This document shows positions 30,294-41,235 of a stretch of 64,000 bases of DNA, one piece after another (the stretch's first letter is position 1; every line of letters starts with the position of its first letter). The stretch is from Alphaproteobacteria bacterium (lineage in GTDB: Bacteria; Pseudomonadota; Alphaproteobacteria; Rs-D84; CACZYB01): NCBI GenBank assembly GCA_017938435.1, contig JAGBBO010000027.1, forward strand, positions 2,264 through 66,263, given 5' to 3'. The translations under genes and the position numbers were made by a program. The notes under the pieces are model-generated. The model saw only the letters and a program-made list of their open reading frames with translations, was not told the DNA's origin and did not search any database.

Positions 30294-31250
30294 TTACCTC
30301 TTAATAATTAAGTAACTACCCTTGTTTTCAACACTTAACCCCAAAGATGAAAGTGCAGAAATAACAGAACTCAAATCATAATTATATTTAATCTTTAACT
30401 GAACCCTATTGTATTTAAGAGCTTGGACCTCCATATCCTTGAACGAAGAAAGTTTTGAAAGTTTCCCTTGTAAATCAATCCAATCAGATAAAGAATAAAC
30501 TGGTATAAGTAATGAAATATATTCTCCATTATTATTTTGCATAGCAGATTTATACCCATCATTTATAACTTGCAAAACCGCATGCGGAACCGATGAATAA
30601 GAGTCAGCAATCACCTCTTCATCAATTCCAAATAATTTATCTTTCACAGAAATTGTATAATTACCATTTGAATTTGCCACGACATCAACTACAACAGCAT
30701 TATTTACACTTGGAATACTTGCCCTAAATTTAGAAAGATCCGCATCATCAACATCAAATGAAAAATTAGATGATAAATAAACCATAACAGGCACAATATT
30801 TTCTGCACCAATATTATCAGAAAATGTAAAATCATCTCCTCCTTTAAAAACAATAAGAGTCAACGGAGGAACATCTGCAACAATAGAAAATCCCTGATTT
30901 TTAAGATATTCTATCATAAGATTTTTATTTATTTGAATATCAACATCCGCACTATATGACGAAGAAGTAGTCTTTTCATTATTAAGTTTAATTGCTTGAA
31001 CAAATTTTTCCATATTATAATTATCAGGCATTATAACCTTTGGTAAATCTTCTGAAATAAGAAGTCGAGAAAGCACAATATTAAAAGCCTTTTCCCTAGC
31101 CTCCTCCAATGCCCGTTTTTTTGCCATACTCGAAGATGATGCAACAGCCGAAACTTTCATTCCATCAACCAAATAAAACCCTTGAACTCCTGCACAAAAA
31201 GCCTTAGCAGAAAACAAGAACAAAAACAATAATGCAAATATTTTTTTCAT
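30294..31250 (-). CDS. secreted DUF2066-like protein
   Basis: Signal peptide. Directly upstream of hda with a 2-nt gap (likely co-transcribed). DUF2066 assignment is from memory. Confidence 0.45.
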   Translation of the reverse strand: MKKIFALLFLFLFSAKAFCAGVQGFYLVDGMKVSAVASSSSMAKKRALEEAREKAFNIVLSRLLISEDLPKVIMPDNYNMEKFVQAIKLNNEKTTSSSYSADVDIQINKNLMIEYLKNQGFSIVADVPPLTLIVFKGGDDFTFSDNIGAENIVPVMVYLSSNFSFDVDDADLSKFRASIPSVNNAVVVDVVANSNGNYTISVKDKLFGIDEEVIADSYSSVPHAVLQVINDGYKSAMQNNNGEYISLLIPVYSLSDWIDLQGKLSKLSSFKDMEVQALKYNRVQLKIKYNYDLSSVISALSSLGLSVENKGSYLIIKR

Positions 31251-31532
31251 AAAACAACCTCTAGCTAAAAATCACAGCCACAAGTATATACCAAAAGACG
31301 CAAATTTCAACCTAAATTTTAAAGACAATCAACTATAGATTTTTCTACCTCTGAAATGTCATCTATAGGTTCAAATCTTGCAGAACAAAAAGATTTTGTA
31401 AATTTTCATACTGTGGAGTAAAACCACATTCTGTTGCAGTATTTACAATAAGTAAGACCTTTCCCTGTATTCAGAAAGACTTCTTTCCTGCCCATTCATA
31501 TCCAAAACTTTAAAATCACAAATAGAGATTTT

Positions 31533-33485
31533 TTAACCTCTTATTCTATTTTTTAAATTCCTTAAACTTCTTTTATATAATTTATCCGAATAAGATAACA
31601 AATTTTTTTGTAAAACATTATATTCTTTAGGAGTCATTTTTATACATTTTTCCATAGCTTTTACATAATCATCATTTGTATCATAAATAATAGAATTTTC
31701 CTTATCAAATCCATTTATTTTAGCAAACGGTTTTATTATTAAACAAGGTTTTCCAAAACCATACACTAATTGAAAATTACCACTAGTTCCAGATGTTCTA
31801 TAAAATGAATGTCTATCACCATCTTTGTCATAAGCTGTCAACATAAAATCTGACTTTTCCAATTCATCATACATTTTTGAAAAAGGCAACCTTCCTTTTA
31901 TATCAAAAAACGGTCTTATTTCCTTTGGAACACCATCCAATGAACCCTTACCAATAACAGTAACTTTAAAATTTTTATATCCTTTATCATACAATTTTTT
32001 TACTGTATCAATAATCAAAGAACTATTTTGCTTATATGCACGCAAAGCACCCACCATAACAAAATTAGTAATATCCTTATTTTTGCCTAAAATTTTTACA
32101 TCACCAAAATAATGTGGATTAACTACAACACCTTGCTTATTTTTATAATCTAAATCTCTAAGAAAGATTAAATCTTTTTTAAAAGTTCCTGCATCAATAG
32201 AAGGTTTTGCATCATGAACAACAAATAACAATTTTGATTTATCTATATTTTTATTAAAAACTTTATAAGCATCATCGAAATGAACATTATCACAAATTTT
32301 TCCAACAGTAGTAACCATTACGCCCATCACATCTGATAAATCAGAATATTTAAAATACCTATAAATTTGATGTTTATTCATCTTATTTAAAAACACTTTA
32401 GGATTTTTATATCTACAAAAAAGTCCTTCTTTTAATCTATCTGGATTAACCAAAACTGAAACATTATATCCCAAATCTGTTAAATATTTTACATATCCAG
32501 GGACCACTTCTGAATGAGATTTACTACATGGTTCCCATACAATAAATGTATTTCCTTTAATAATTGGCTTTTTAACAGAAAATAACGGTTTTATATAAGT
32601 TAAAAACAATGCTTTATAAAATCTTGGTCTTATAAAGAAAAATGGTCTATATTTCAAATATGAAAACAATGATAAAAGTTTATTATCCTTAGCCCAATAC
32701 TTATATTCTAAATCATATAAGGCCCAAGGTGTCATCTGTAAATATTTCAAAAACAAATTTTTGTGCCAACTAAACGAAATATAATGCCAAGGTTTTCTTT
32801 TTGAAACAAAATGAACTATTTTTGGATACAAAGTATAAGATGATCTATTTATAAAATTACTTGATTGAACATTCCATTCATCATCAAGTATTTTAATATT
32901 ATTTTTTAAAACAGCATTAAGAATCTCTTGATCACCCATTTTTATTGATTTGGAATTTTTCTTTGTATATTCATCAAATTTTTGCTCTAATTTTTGTTTT
33001 CTAAAATTTTCAAAATCCATCAAAAGAACACCGGCATTTACATAATGAAAATTCTTTTTTACCATTCCTTTATTTATATCTTTAACTCCTGCTATTGCAT
33101 AATTTTGCATATCTATTTCAAACAATTCATGCAAAGAAGTATCAACTACAACATCGCAATCTAAATAAATTGCCCTTTTTACATCAGGAAGTAATGTCGG
33201 AAATTTCAATTTATAATAACTTGGTAAAGAAACATATTTATGCGTTTTTATTTTTGAATATACATCAAATAAATTCGGATTAACTTTAACAAATTTCATA
33301 TCACAATTTTTAATTGATTTAAGGCTCAATAACAACTCTTTATTTCTATCAGAAATTTCACCATCAAATACATAAAAAGAAATTTCATCATCATTTCTCG
33401 CATTAAATAAAATACTAGCAATAACGACACCTGCATATTTTGCATAATTATCATCACAAGACAAACAAATATTTATTTTAGTCAT
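31533..33485 (-). CDS. two-domain glycosyltransferase: N-terminal GT8 (RfaJ/LgtC-like) plus a C-terminal unassigned domain
   Basis: N-terminus ICLSCDDNYAKYAGV...YLDCDVVV... (GT8 DxD). 650 aa. Confidence 0.65.
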   Translation of the reverse strand: MTKINICLSCDDNYAKYAGVVIASILFNARNDDEISFYVFDGEISDRNKELLLSLKSIKNCDMKFVKVNPNLFDVYSKIKTHKYVSLPSYYKLKFPTLLPDVKRAIYLDCDVVVDTSLHELFEIDMQNYAIAGVKDINKGMVKKNFHYVNAGVLLMDFENFRKQKLEQKFDEYTKKNSKSIKMGDQEILNAVLKNNIKILDDEWNVQSSNFINRSSYTLYPKIVHFVSKRKPWHYISFSWHKNLFLKYLQMTPWALYDLEYKYWAKDNKLLSLFSYLKYRPFFFIRPRFYKALFLTYIKPLFSVKKPIIKGNTFIVWEPCSKSHSEVVPGYVKYLTDLGYNVSVLVNPDRLKEGLFCRYKNPKVFLNKMNKHQIYRYFKYSDLSDVMGVMVTTVGKICDNVHFDDAYKVFNKNIDKSKLLFVVHDAKPSIDAGTFKKDLIFLRDLDYKNKQGVVVNPHYFGDVKILGKNKDITNFVMVGALRAYKQNSSLIIDTVKKLYDKGYKNFKVTVIGKGSLDGVPKEIRPFFDIKGRLPFSKMYDELEKSDFMLTAYDKDGDRHSFYRTSGTSGNFQLVYGFGKPCLIIKPFAKINGFDKENSIIYDTNDDYVKAMEKCIKMTPKEYNVLQKNLLSYSDKLYKRSLRNLKNRIRG

Positions 33486-33677
33486 TTTTCAACCTCATCA
33501 AAATGTATAAAAATAGGATATCATACATTATTCAAAAATACAAGTTTAAAGCATTTAATATCACTAATTACATAAAGTAATATCTTAAAAATATCTTGCA
33601 AATATAGGAAAAGATTCGTATAATTACAACGATTTTAAATAACTGCCCAAAAATGGCTATAATTTAAGGAAATTTTC

Positions 33678-34409
33678 ATGAAAAATACTGTTGTTAATAT
33701 TGTTTGTATGAAATGGGGAACAAAATTTGGTCCTCAGTATGTTAACCGTTTACATAAAATGGTTGAAAAGAACTTAACTCTTCCACACCGTTTTGTTTGT
33801 TTTACTGATGATGCAACAGGACTTGAAAAGGGTATTGAAACATTTCCTCTTCCAGAAGTAATATTCGAAGCTGGTCCTGAAAGAGGTTGGCGTAAACTTG
33901 GAATTTTTTCAAAAAAACTTGGCGATTTAAAAGGTGATGCATTATTTTTAGACCTTGATACTTTAATTTTAAGAAATATCGATGAATTTTTTAAAGTAAA
34001 AGGAGATTTCTTAATCATAAAAGACTGGGATTTTAAAAATTATATTGGTAATTCTTCTGTATTCAGATTCACCATTGGAAAACATAGTGATGTTTTAGAT
34101 TATTTCGAAGAAAATCGCTTTCAAATCAGAAAACAATTCAGAAATGAGCAAGCATATCTTTCATGGATGATGATGAAAAAGGGCATACTAAAATATTGGA
34201 ATAAAAAATGGTGTATCAGTTTCAAACGCCATTGTTTATGGCCATTTCCAATAAATTGGTTTAAAGAACCAAGACTTCCAGAAGAGGCAAAAATTTTAAT
34301 TTTTCATGGTCACCCAAATCCAGAGGAAGCATTTAAAGGCTATACCACCAAATATGGTTTTCGCCATATAAAACCAACCCTATGGCTTAACGATTTTTGG
34401 AAGGTATAA
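33678..34409 (+). CDS. putative glycosyltransferase (nucleotide-diphospho-sugar transferase-like)
   Basis: Conserved VCMKWGTKFG...FVCFTDD N-terminus. Sits inside a glycosyltransferase cluster. Family not firmly recognised. Confidence 0.35.
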   Translation: MKNTVVNIVCMKWGTKFGPQYVNRLHKMVEKNLTLPHRFVCFTDDATGLEKGIETFPLPEVIFEAGPERGWRKLGIFSKKLGDLKGDALFLDLDTLILRNIDEFFKVKGDFLIIKDWDFKNYIGNSSVFRFTIGKHSDVLDYFEENRFQIRKQFRNEQAYLSWMMMKKGILKYWNKKWCISFKRHCLWPFPINWFKEPRLPEEAKILIFHGHPNPEEAFKGYTTKYGFRHIKPTLWLNDFWKV

Positions 34410-34412
34410 TAT

Positions 34413-35402
34413 ATGATATCCTATCCTTTAATATCTGTATTACTACCAATTTACAATGCTGAACAATTTCTAACAAAATGTTTGAACAGTATAATTTCTC
34501 AAACATATACTAATATTGAAATAATATGTATTGATGACGGATCAACAGATAATTCTTTACAAATATTAAAAAATTTTGCAAATAATGACAAAAGAATTAT
34601 TGTTCATACAAGAACAAACAAGGGTGATCATATCACAAGGATGGAATTATTACAAAAAGTAAAAGGTAAATATTTTATCTTTATAGATAACGATGATTAT
34701 ATAGAACAAAATACAATTGAAACATTATATAATACTATGAATACACAAAATGTAGATATGGTTGAATGTAATGTAAATCATATACGACTTGGAAACAGAA
34801 ATACTAATTATGCGATAAAACATTTTGGGAAATTTAAAAATTTTGAATATATAAATTACTATAGTTATCCTTTATGGAATAAATTATTTAAAACAGAAAT
34901 AGTTAAAAATTTTAAAATAACATTTCCTAACAACCCTAATATAACTTGTGTATTTGATAAATGGTTTAATTTTGAATATATTTGTTGCTGTAAAAATATA
35001 TATGCTATCCCAGAAAAACTTTATAATTATTTAATTCATAACTCATCTACTTTAAGCAATATGGATTACAAAAAAAATATTTCTGATTTTTATTCTCTTA
35101 ATGAAACATATAACTTTTTAAAAAACAACAATTTATTTAAAACTTATCAAAATATATTCTTTAAAAAATTGATAAAATACTCATCAAAAATTATAAAAAA
35201 AGACATTTATTTTCAGGAAGCAAAAAAGGAAATTTTAACACTTGAAAAAAAATTGAAAAACGATTTTCCATTATCATTTTATTTATATAAACTAAAACAA
35301 ATATTTAATTTCAAAAATATTCTTTCAATAAAAAAATCTTTAGATGGAAAATCTAAAATAATAACATTATTTGGAATTAAATTTATCAAGGGAATAAAAT
35401 GA
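34413..35402 (+). CDS. glycosyltransferase family 2
   Basis: ISVLLPIYNAEQFL...IDDGSTDNS and DNDD (DxD). Confidence 0.8.
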   Translation: MISYPLISVLLPIYNAEQFLTKCLNSIISQTYTNIEIICIDDGSTDNSLQILKNFANNDKRIIVHTRTNKGDHITRMELLQKVKGKYFIFIDNDDYIEQNTIETLYNTMNTQNVDMVECNVNHIRLGNRNTNYAIKHFGKFKNFEYINYYSYPLWNKLFKTEIVKNFKITFPNNPNITCVFDKWFNFEYICCCKNIYAIPEKLYNYLIHNSSTLSNMDYKKNISDFYSLNETYNFLKNNNLFKTYQNIFFKKLIKYSSKIIKKDIYFQEAKKEILTLEKKLKNDFPLSFYLYKLKQIFNFKNILSIKKSLDGKSKIITLFGIKFIKGIK

Positions 35403-36259
35403 AACCAATTCTTGTTCATTGTCATATATACTACATAAATTTATACGAGGAATTAGAAACCTGCATAAAAAATATAACTGTTCCTTTTAAACTATATATA
35501 ACAATGGTTGAAAAAAATATTTCACTTATAAATAAAATAAACAAATCTTTTCCAAATGCAAAAATCGAAATAGTTGAAAACCGAGGATTCGATATTGCCC
35601 CATTTATTCATATTTTAAATAAAGTGAATTTGAACAATTATAGTTATATAATAAAATTACATACAAAAAGAGATATAAATGGATATGTATTTTATAACTA
35701 TCATAATCTAAGCAATAATCATTGGAGAAAATACCTACTATCATTCATATCTTCAAAGAAAAATTTTGAAAAAACAATCTCTATTCTTTCTAAAAATAAA
35801 AACATAGGTATGTGTTCAAATTATAAAGTTATCTGTTCCAAAACAAAATTTAAGAAAATAAAATCAAAAATTGATGAAATTTTTAAAAATCTAAATCTTA
35901 CATTAAAAACAAAAAAGTATGTTTGTGGCACAATGTTTATTGCAAAATCAGAATTATTTATCCCTATACAAAAACTTAATCTTTCAATATATGATTTTGA
36001 AAAACCACTAAATCACAATGATGGAACTCTTGCTCATATATTTGAAAGGATTTTTGGATACATAATATATGCACAAAATTACACAATAAAGGATGTTATC
36101 ACACCAAAACTAAAACAAATTATTGATTTTGAATTTATAACAATATTATTTAATTTAAAATTTTGGAAAGAACTTCTTTATCAAAAAAAAGATACCACCT
36201 CCGGAAAAACTATAATAAAAATACTTAAAATACCTGTATATAATAAGAAAAGGAGTTAA
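35399..36259 (+). CDS. RgpF-like (rhamnan-synthesis protein F family) glycosyltransferase candidate
   Basis: N-terminus ILVHCHIYYINLYEE resembles the RgpF family. Overlaps the neighbouring gene by 4 nt. Confidence 0.35.
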   Translation: MKPILVHCHIYYINLYEELETCIKNITVPFKLYITMVEKNISLINKINKSFPNAKIEIVENRGFDIAPFIHILNKVNLNNYSYIIKLHTKRDINGYVFYNYHNLSNNHWRKYLLSFISSKKNFEKTISILSKNKNIGMCSNYKVICSKTKFKKIKSKIDEIFKNLNLTLKTKKYVCGTMFIAKSELFIPIQKLNLSIYDFEKPLNHNDGTLAHIFERIFGYIIYAQNYTIKDVITPKLKQIIDFEFITILFNLKFWKELLYQKKDTTSGKTIIKILKIPVYNKKRS

Positions 36260-36262
36260 AAT

Positions 36263-37108
36263 ATGCCTAAAATATCTGCACTTATGCCTATATATAATAC
36301 ACCAAAAGAATATTTAACCAAAACAATAGAAAGTATTCTTTCTCAAACATTTACTGATTTTGAACTTATTATATTAAATGATTCTCCTAATAATAAAGAA
36401 TTGGAAAAAATCGTAAAATCTTATAAAGATAAAAGAATAAAATACCTATCAAATGAAAAAAATATAGGTATAACACCAAGCAGAAATAAACTTATAAATC
36501 TTGCAAAAGGTGAATATATTGCTATTATTGATCATGATGATATATCTATTCCTACACGTTTTTATGAAGAGGCTACTTATCTTGACAATAATCCTGATGT
36601 TGGTGTCGTAAGTGGGCAAATTCAATATTTTCAAAATAATCATGGGAAATCGAAACATAAAATTGAAGATGCGGATATAAAAATAAATTTACTAAATAGT
36701 ATTGCTGTTTCTCACCCTTGTGCCATGATAAGGAAATCTATACTGACAGAAAATAATATACAGTATGATGAAAAATTTACACCTGCAGAAGATTACAAAT
36801 TATGGATAGATCTTATTCCATACACAAAATTTCATAACATTGATAAAGTTCTTCTTTTATACAGAGATCACAAAGAAAACACTGCCAAAGTTCAAAATTA
36901 TAAAATAAATATGGCTACTGCAAAACTCCGTTCAATTTTAAAAGAAAAATACTCTTATTTATATGAGTATAAACTATTGACCATTGGGGGGGGTATCACC
37001 TTGAAATTACTAGGTTTTTTACCGATATTATCGATAAAAAAATACTCAAAAAAGGTAAAAGTATATTTATTTAATAAAATTTTAATACTAACAATAAAAT
37101 ACAAATAA
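36263..37108 (+). CDS. glycosyltransferase family 2 with internal poly-G(8) tract (likely phase-variable)
   Basis: ISALMPIYNTPKEYL...DHDD motifs. G8 run at 36986..36993 encodes GGG about 40 codons before the stop. Confidence 0.75.
   Translation: MPKISALMPIYNTPKEYLTKTIESILSQTFTDFELIILNDSPNNKELEKIVKSYKDKRIKYLSNEKNIGITPSRNKLINLAKGEYIAIIDHDDISIPTRFYEEATYLDNNPDVGVVSGQIQYFQNNHGKSKHKIEDADIKINLLNSIAVSHPCAMIRKSILTENNIQYDEKFTPAEDYKLWIDLIPYTKFHNIDKVLLLYRDHKENTAKVQNYKINMATAKLRSILKEKYSYLYEYKLLTIGGGITLKLLGFLPILSIKKYSKKVKVYLFNKILILTIKYK
36986..36993 (+). repeat. homopolymeric G8 tract inside the GT2 gene
   Basis: Direct read: ccattGGGGGGGGtatc. G/C homopolymers of 7 or more are very rare in this AT-rich window. 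Confidence 0.9.
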
Positions 37109-37111
37109 AAA

Positions 37112-38689
37112 ATGCAAAATAAAAAATTAGATTTCATTTCAAAAATTATGATTCAAGGATTACTTGTAACATTTATATTTATGTTACCAGATATAATTTT
37201 TAAACTATTCCAATCGTCCCCTATAAAATTTAGTGGTGGAATGGTTACTCAAATATTTTTATTTGCTATACTTTCTTCATCAACTCACTCAAAAAAATTC
37301 CGTTATTTTCTTTGGAGTTTTTGGGGCATCTTTATGACAATGGAATTATGTCATTTTGCATTTTTTGGATCTTTATCAACACCATACACATACATCTGGA
37401 TGATAAGTGAGTTAAAAGATACATTTGACGGTGCCTTACATTCGATACATTTATTTTATGCACCATTATCCGTAATAATACCTTTTGTTTTACTATTTTG
37501 GATTGATAAAAAATTTGATAAAAATATAAAACGAAGTAAAATTTCAACAATAATTTTATCTATTGCACTATTTTATATGGCTATAGATGTAAATCGCCAA
37601 AATCGTGCATTTTTCTATGCTTCTGAAAGAGAAAGTAATCCAACATTTATTGCGACAACACGAAAAACTAATTTTATAATTTTCAAAGCAATTCCTAAAT
37701 TATTATTTCGCGGATACAATACAAATTTCAAACCCTATGAAATAACAAAAATTACTTCACCTGAAAAAATCAACATAATTTATATATTCGGAGAAAGTGG
37801 TAACCCAAACTTTTTTTCCATTGACTCGGCAACGAAACAGACAAGACAAGACAGCACCACTCCACACCTTGATAATTTAAAAAATGATGCTACTTTTTGG
37901 TATAGTCGAGGTTTTTCATCAAGCGTTTCCACAATATATTCTGTGATGATGAATTTTTATATGCAACGAGAACCAGAAAATCACGATGTTCAAATAAATA
38001 AAAAATCAGATATTTTACAATTGGTCAAAAATGCAGGATTTAAATCATGGTTTATCGAAGCACAAAATACTTCTCCTGATTACAAAGATAAAATTGATTT
38101 CGTATATTTAATAGAAAACGAAGTAAATAAAAACGGCGAAGAAATTGCCCTTAATTATTTTCCAAAATTAACTGAACTTTCAAATAAAAATTTTATACTT
38201 TATCACCAAAATATTATGCACTTTGATTATAAAAACCACTACGAAAAATTTGGGGATAAATGGAAAAAATTTAAACCATCAGATAATTCATTAGCCGAAG
38301 AAAAAATCTCTGAATATAAAAATTCTGTTTTCTATTGGGATTATATAATTGGAAAAATTTTCAATTATGCAAAAAATGTCGCCGAAAAAACTAATGCTCC
38401 AACTTATGTTATATATATGAGTGACCACGGTGAACTTATCGGAGAAAATAAACGAGGTCATTCTATTTTATCAAAAGAAGTTGCTACCATTCCTATGTTT
38501 GTAAAATGTTTTAATTGTTCAAATGTAAATGAATTTAAAATAAAAAATCCAACTCATTATAGAATAAATGAAAAACTTTTACATCTTATAGGATACCACC
38601 TACACAACCCAAATGATGACGGAAAAACTTTCTACATAAATGGAAAAAGTTTATACGGCGATGACGGATTTATAACAATGACCGACTAA
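37112..38689 (+). CDS. phosphoethanolamine transferase / sulfatase-family membrane protein (EptA/Lpt3-like)
   Basis: N-terminal multi-TM region. C-terminal sulfatase-type motifs (IIYIFGESGNPNFF, YVIYMSDHGE). Confidence 0.6.
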   Translation: MQNKKLDFISKIMIQGLLVTFIFMLPDIIFKLFQSSPIKFSGGMVTQIFLFAILSSSTHSKKFRYFLWSFWGIFMTMELCHFAFFGSLSTPYTYIWMISELKDTFDGALHSIHLFYAPLSVIIPFVLLFWIDKKFDKNIKRSKISTIILSIALFYMAIDVNRQNRAFFYASERESNPTFIATTRKTNFIIFKAIPKLLFRGYNTNFKPYEITKITSPEKINIIYIFGESGNPNFFSIDSATKQTRQDSTTPHLDNLKNDATFWYSRGFSSSVSTIYSVMMNFYMQREPENHDVQINKKSDILQLVKNAGFKSWFIEAQNTSPDYKDKIDFVYLIENEVNKNGEEIALNYFPKLTELSNKNFILYHQNIMHFDYKNHYEKFGDKWKKFKPSDNSLAEEKISEYKNSVFYWDYIIGKIFNYAKNVAEKTNAPTYVIYMSDHGELIGENKRGHSILSKEVATIPMFVKCFNCSNVNEFKIKNPTHYRINEKLLHLIGYHLHNPNDDGKTFYINGKSLYGDDGFITMTD

Positions 38690-39048
38690 ACAGTAATATT
38701 GTAACTTGCATCAATAAGTTGAAAAATTTTTTCTGGCTCTACACTTTCATCCAAAACAACTGTTATCCAATTTTTTTTGTTCATATGATAGGCAGGATAA
38801 AATCCAGGTTGAGCCAATAAAAACTCAATAAAATCAGGACTTGCCTTTACATTTAAAATATCAATTTTCTTACCTTTTTCCAACCCAAGATATTTTGCAT
38901 CCACCTGACCAAACAAAGCATACCACTTTTTATTATGATTATGTCTTAATATTTCAAAAGTTGGATATTTCTTCGGCCACAATTTTTCAGGCACAGTTTT
39001 ATATTTTTCGCTAACATAATGTAAAATATCACTTCGCCCAAACATCAC
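38686..39048 (-). CDS. MmcQ/YjbR family DNA-binding protein
   Basis: 120 aa. The sequence pattern is consistent with the YjbR family. Confidence 0.55.
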   Translation of the reverse strand: MMFGRSDILHYVSEKYKTVPEKLWPKKYPTFEILRHNHNKKWYALFGQVDAKYLGLEKGKKIDILNVKASPDFIEFLLAQPGFYPAYHMNKKNWITVVLDESVEPEKIFQLIDASYNITV

Positions 39049-39303
39049 CTACTTTACCTCCACCTTCAAAGCATAATTATCCCATTCATTATTTTGCCCA
39101 GTCACCAAAGAAACCACCGAAGTTACAATCAAATGAGCATCCTCGAAATCCAAAATAATTTCATCGCCAACCCTTGGAACAACATTATCTGGTAAAGAAT
39201 TAGAAAAAAGAAAAACCGTATCAAGAGCAAGAGAAACCTTAACATCTAAAATTTTATCACCATACACAAATTTTGCATCAAAAATCATTTTTTCCCCTTT
39301 CAT
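39049..39303 (-). CDS. hypothetical small protein (84 aa)
   Basis: ORF directly upstream of, and contiguous with, the YjbR-like gene. Confidence 0.35.
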   Translation of the reverse strand: MKGEKMIFDAKFVYGDKILDVKVSLALDTVFLFSNSLPDNVVPRVGDEIILDFEDAHLIVTSVVSLVTGQNNEWDNYALKVEVK

Positions 39304-39523
39304 TATCCAAAAACAAGATAACTCAATTTTATAAAAAAGTCAAGAACAAAATGAAAACAAACATTAAAAATTAAACGGTCCTTAATTTTTTAATATTATT
39401 TAAATTTCCACCAAAAATCAAAAAATATAGACATTTCCTAGTTTTGAATAAATTCCTTGAAAAATCATATAACTTATTTTAATATTGCAAATTAAACCAC
39501 CGTTTTTATAAAAGGAATTATAA

Positions 39524-41182
39524 ATGAAAAAAAGTTGGGTCATAATTGTAAGTTTGTTTTTACTACTTTTAAGCATTGAATCTTTCGTAAAAAAAGAAGT
39601 TTCTGTTTCTTTTACACAAAAAACAACAAAAGATATTGAATACCAAATTTTTTACACTAAACAAAAAGACGAGCCTTTTTCTGAAAGATATTCTATCAGA
39701 AAAAAAGTTTCAAAAGACTGGGAAAACATACAAATATCCATTCCAACAAGAAAGATTTTTCGTTTCAGAATTGACCCAGGAACAGAAAAAGGAACAATTG
39801 AAATTTCTAACTTAAAAATCAATGGCAAAAAACTTGATTTAAGTAAATTTAATAAAAGCAAAGATGTTTCACAACTTTCATTTGATAAAAATAAAGATAC
39901 ACTTACAATAATATCTAATAATCATGATCCTTACATAACATACAAAGACAGTCTAAATATATCAAATAGTTTTACAATAAACTACACTATATTAATAATA
40001 TTATTATGTATTTACTTAACTATTTCATATATTATTGTAAAATTTATTCATTCAAAAAGAAACAAAATTGATGCTGTGTTTATTGTGTTGTTTGGAATCC
40101 TTTTATTCATACCTATGATGAAAATTTCAGACAAAGAAAAATCAGATAAAGAAAACAGAATGTTAGCAAAATATCAACCTTTGTTTTCGAACGGTAAATT
40201 AAATGAAAAATACGGATCTCAGTTTGATAGTTGGTTCAATGATAGATTCAATGGAAGAGATTTTCTTACTAATATTTTTTCAATCACTTCTTGTTATCTT
40301 ACAAAAGAATGCCAAAACAATTCTGCAATATATTTTAAAAAACAAAATATAATGTTTTATAAGGGCAATATTAACTCATTCACATATTCAAATCAATTAT
40401 TAGAAGATACTTTAAATGGAATAAAATTTTACAAGAAATTTTGTAAAGAAAATAATATCAAGTGTTATATAGAAGTTGTTCCTGAAAAAATTTTATTTGA
40501 AAATGACAATATCTTTGATAAATATAAAAAACAAATAGGAAATTTTTATACTTTAATCAACTTTATAAAAGAAAAATCCAATTTCAATATTATATATCCA
40601 TTTACTGAATTGGAAAAGGCGAATAAAAAATCATATATTTATTTCCGCACAGATCATCACTGGACTGATTGGGGAACATATAATGGTTATACAGTTTTAA
40701 TGAATGAAATTAAAAAAGATTTTCCTACTTTAAATATCCTACCATTAAATGATTTTAAAAAATTTTCTTCAAAAGAAGTTCGAGCAGAATATAATAGAAA
40801 TTTTATAAAAGGCTCAAATTGTAAAGCATTAAATCTACAAAAAAACATGTGTAATTTAAATATAGATTACGACTACTATGATTATAATGATACAGACCTA
40901 CAACTTATTAAAACAAAAGATAACGGCAAAGATTTTAAATATAAAAAATCAAAAAATAATCAAAAAGTAATGATTATTGGAAACTCATTTACAGAAAATT
41001 TTGTTACATTTTTAGCTCCTTCATTTAAAGAAGTAAAAAAAAGAAGATGTAACGCTGCTGGAATTAACAATTTGAATCTTTCAAGATGGAAAAATGAAAT
41101 TTATAAATACAAGCCTGACATTCTTATAATTTTAATTGAGGAAAATTATGCTCGTCAACATCTAAAAAATTTAAATTCTTGA
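39524..41182 (+). CDS. DHHW-motif (AlgX/AlgJ-like SGNH) protein, partner of the MBOAT acyltransferase
   Basis: N-terminal TM anchor. Literal FRTDHHWTDWG motif. Immediately upstream of the MBOAT gene. Confidence 0.6.
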   Translation: MKKSWVIIVSLFLLLLSIESFVKKEVSVSFTQKTTKDIEYQIFYTKQKDEPFSERYSIRKKVSKDWENIQISIPTRKIFRFRIDPGTEKGTIEISNLKINGKKLDLSKFNKSKDVSQLSFDKNKDTLTIISNNHDPYITYKDSLNISNSFTINYTILIILLCIYLTISYIIVKFIHSKRNKIDAVFIVLFGILLFIPMMKISDKEKSDKENRMLAKYQPLFSNGKLNEKYGSQFDSWFNDRFNGRDFLTNIFSITSCYLTKECQNNSAIYFKKQNIMFYKGNINSFTYSNQLLEDTLNGIKFYKKFCKENNIKCYIEVVPEKILFENDNIFDKYKKQIGNFYTLINFIKEKSNFNIIYPFTELEKANKKSYIYFRTDHHWTDWGTYNGYTVLMNEIKKDFPTLNILPLNDFKKFSSKEVRAEYNRNFIKGSNCKALNLQKNMCNLNIDYDYYDYNDTDLQLIKTKDNGKDFKYKKSKNNQKVMIIGNSFTENFVTFLAPSFKEVKKRRCNAAGINNLNLSRWKNEIYKYKPDILIILIEENYARQHLKNLNS

Positions 41183-41235
41183 AATGGATTACTGTAAGGG
41201 ATAATATATAATAAATTTTTATAAGGACTAAAAAA

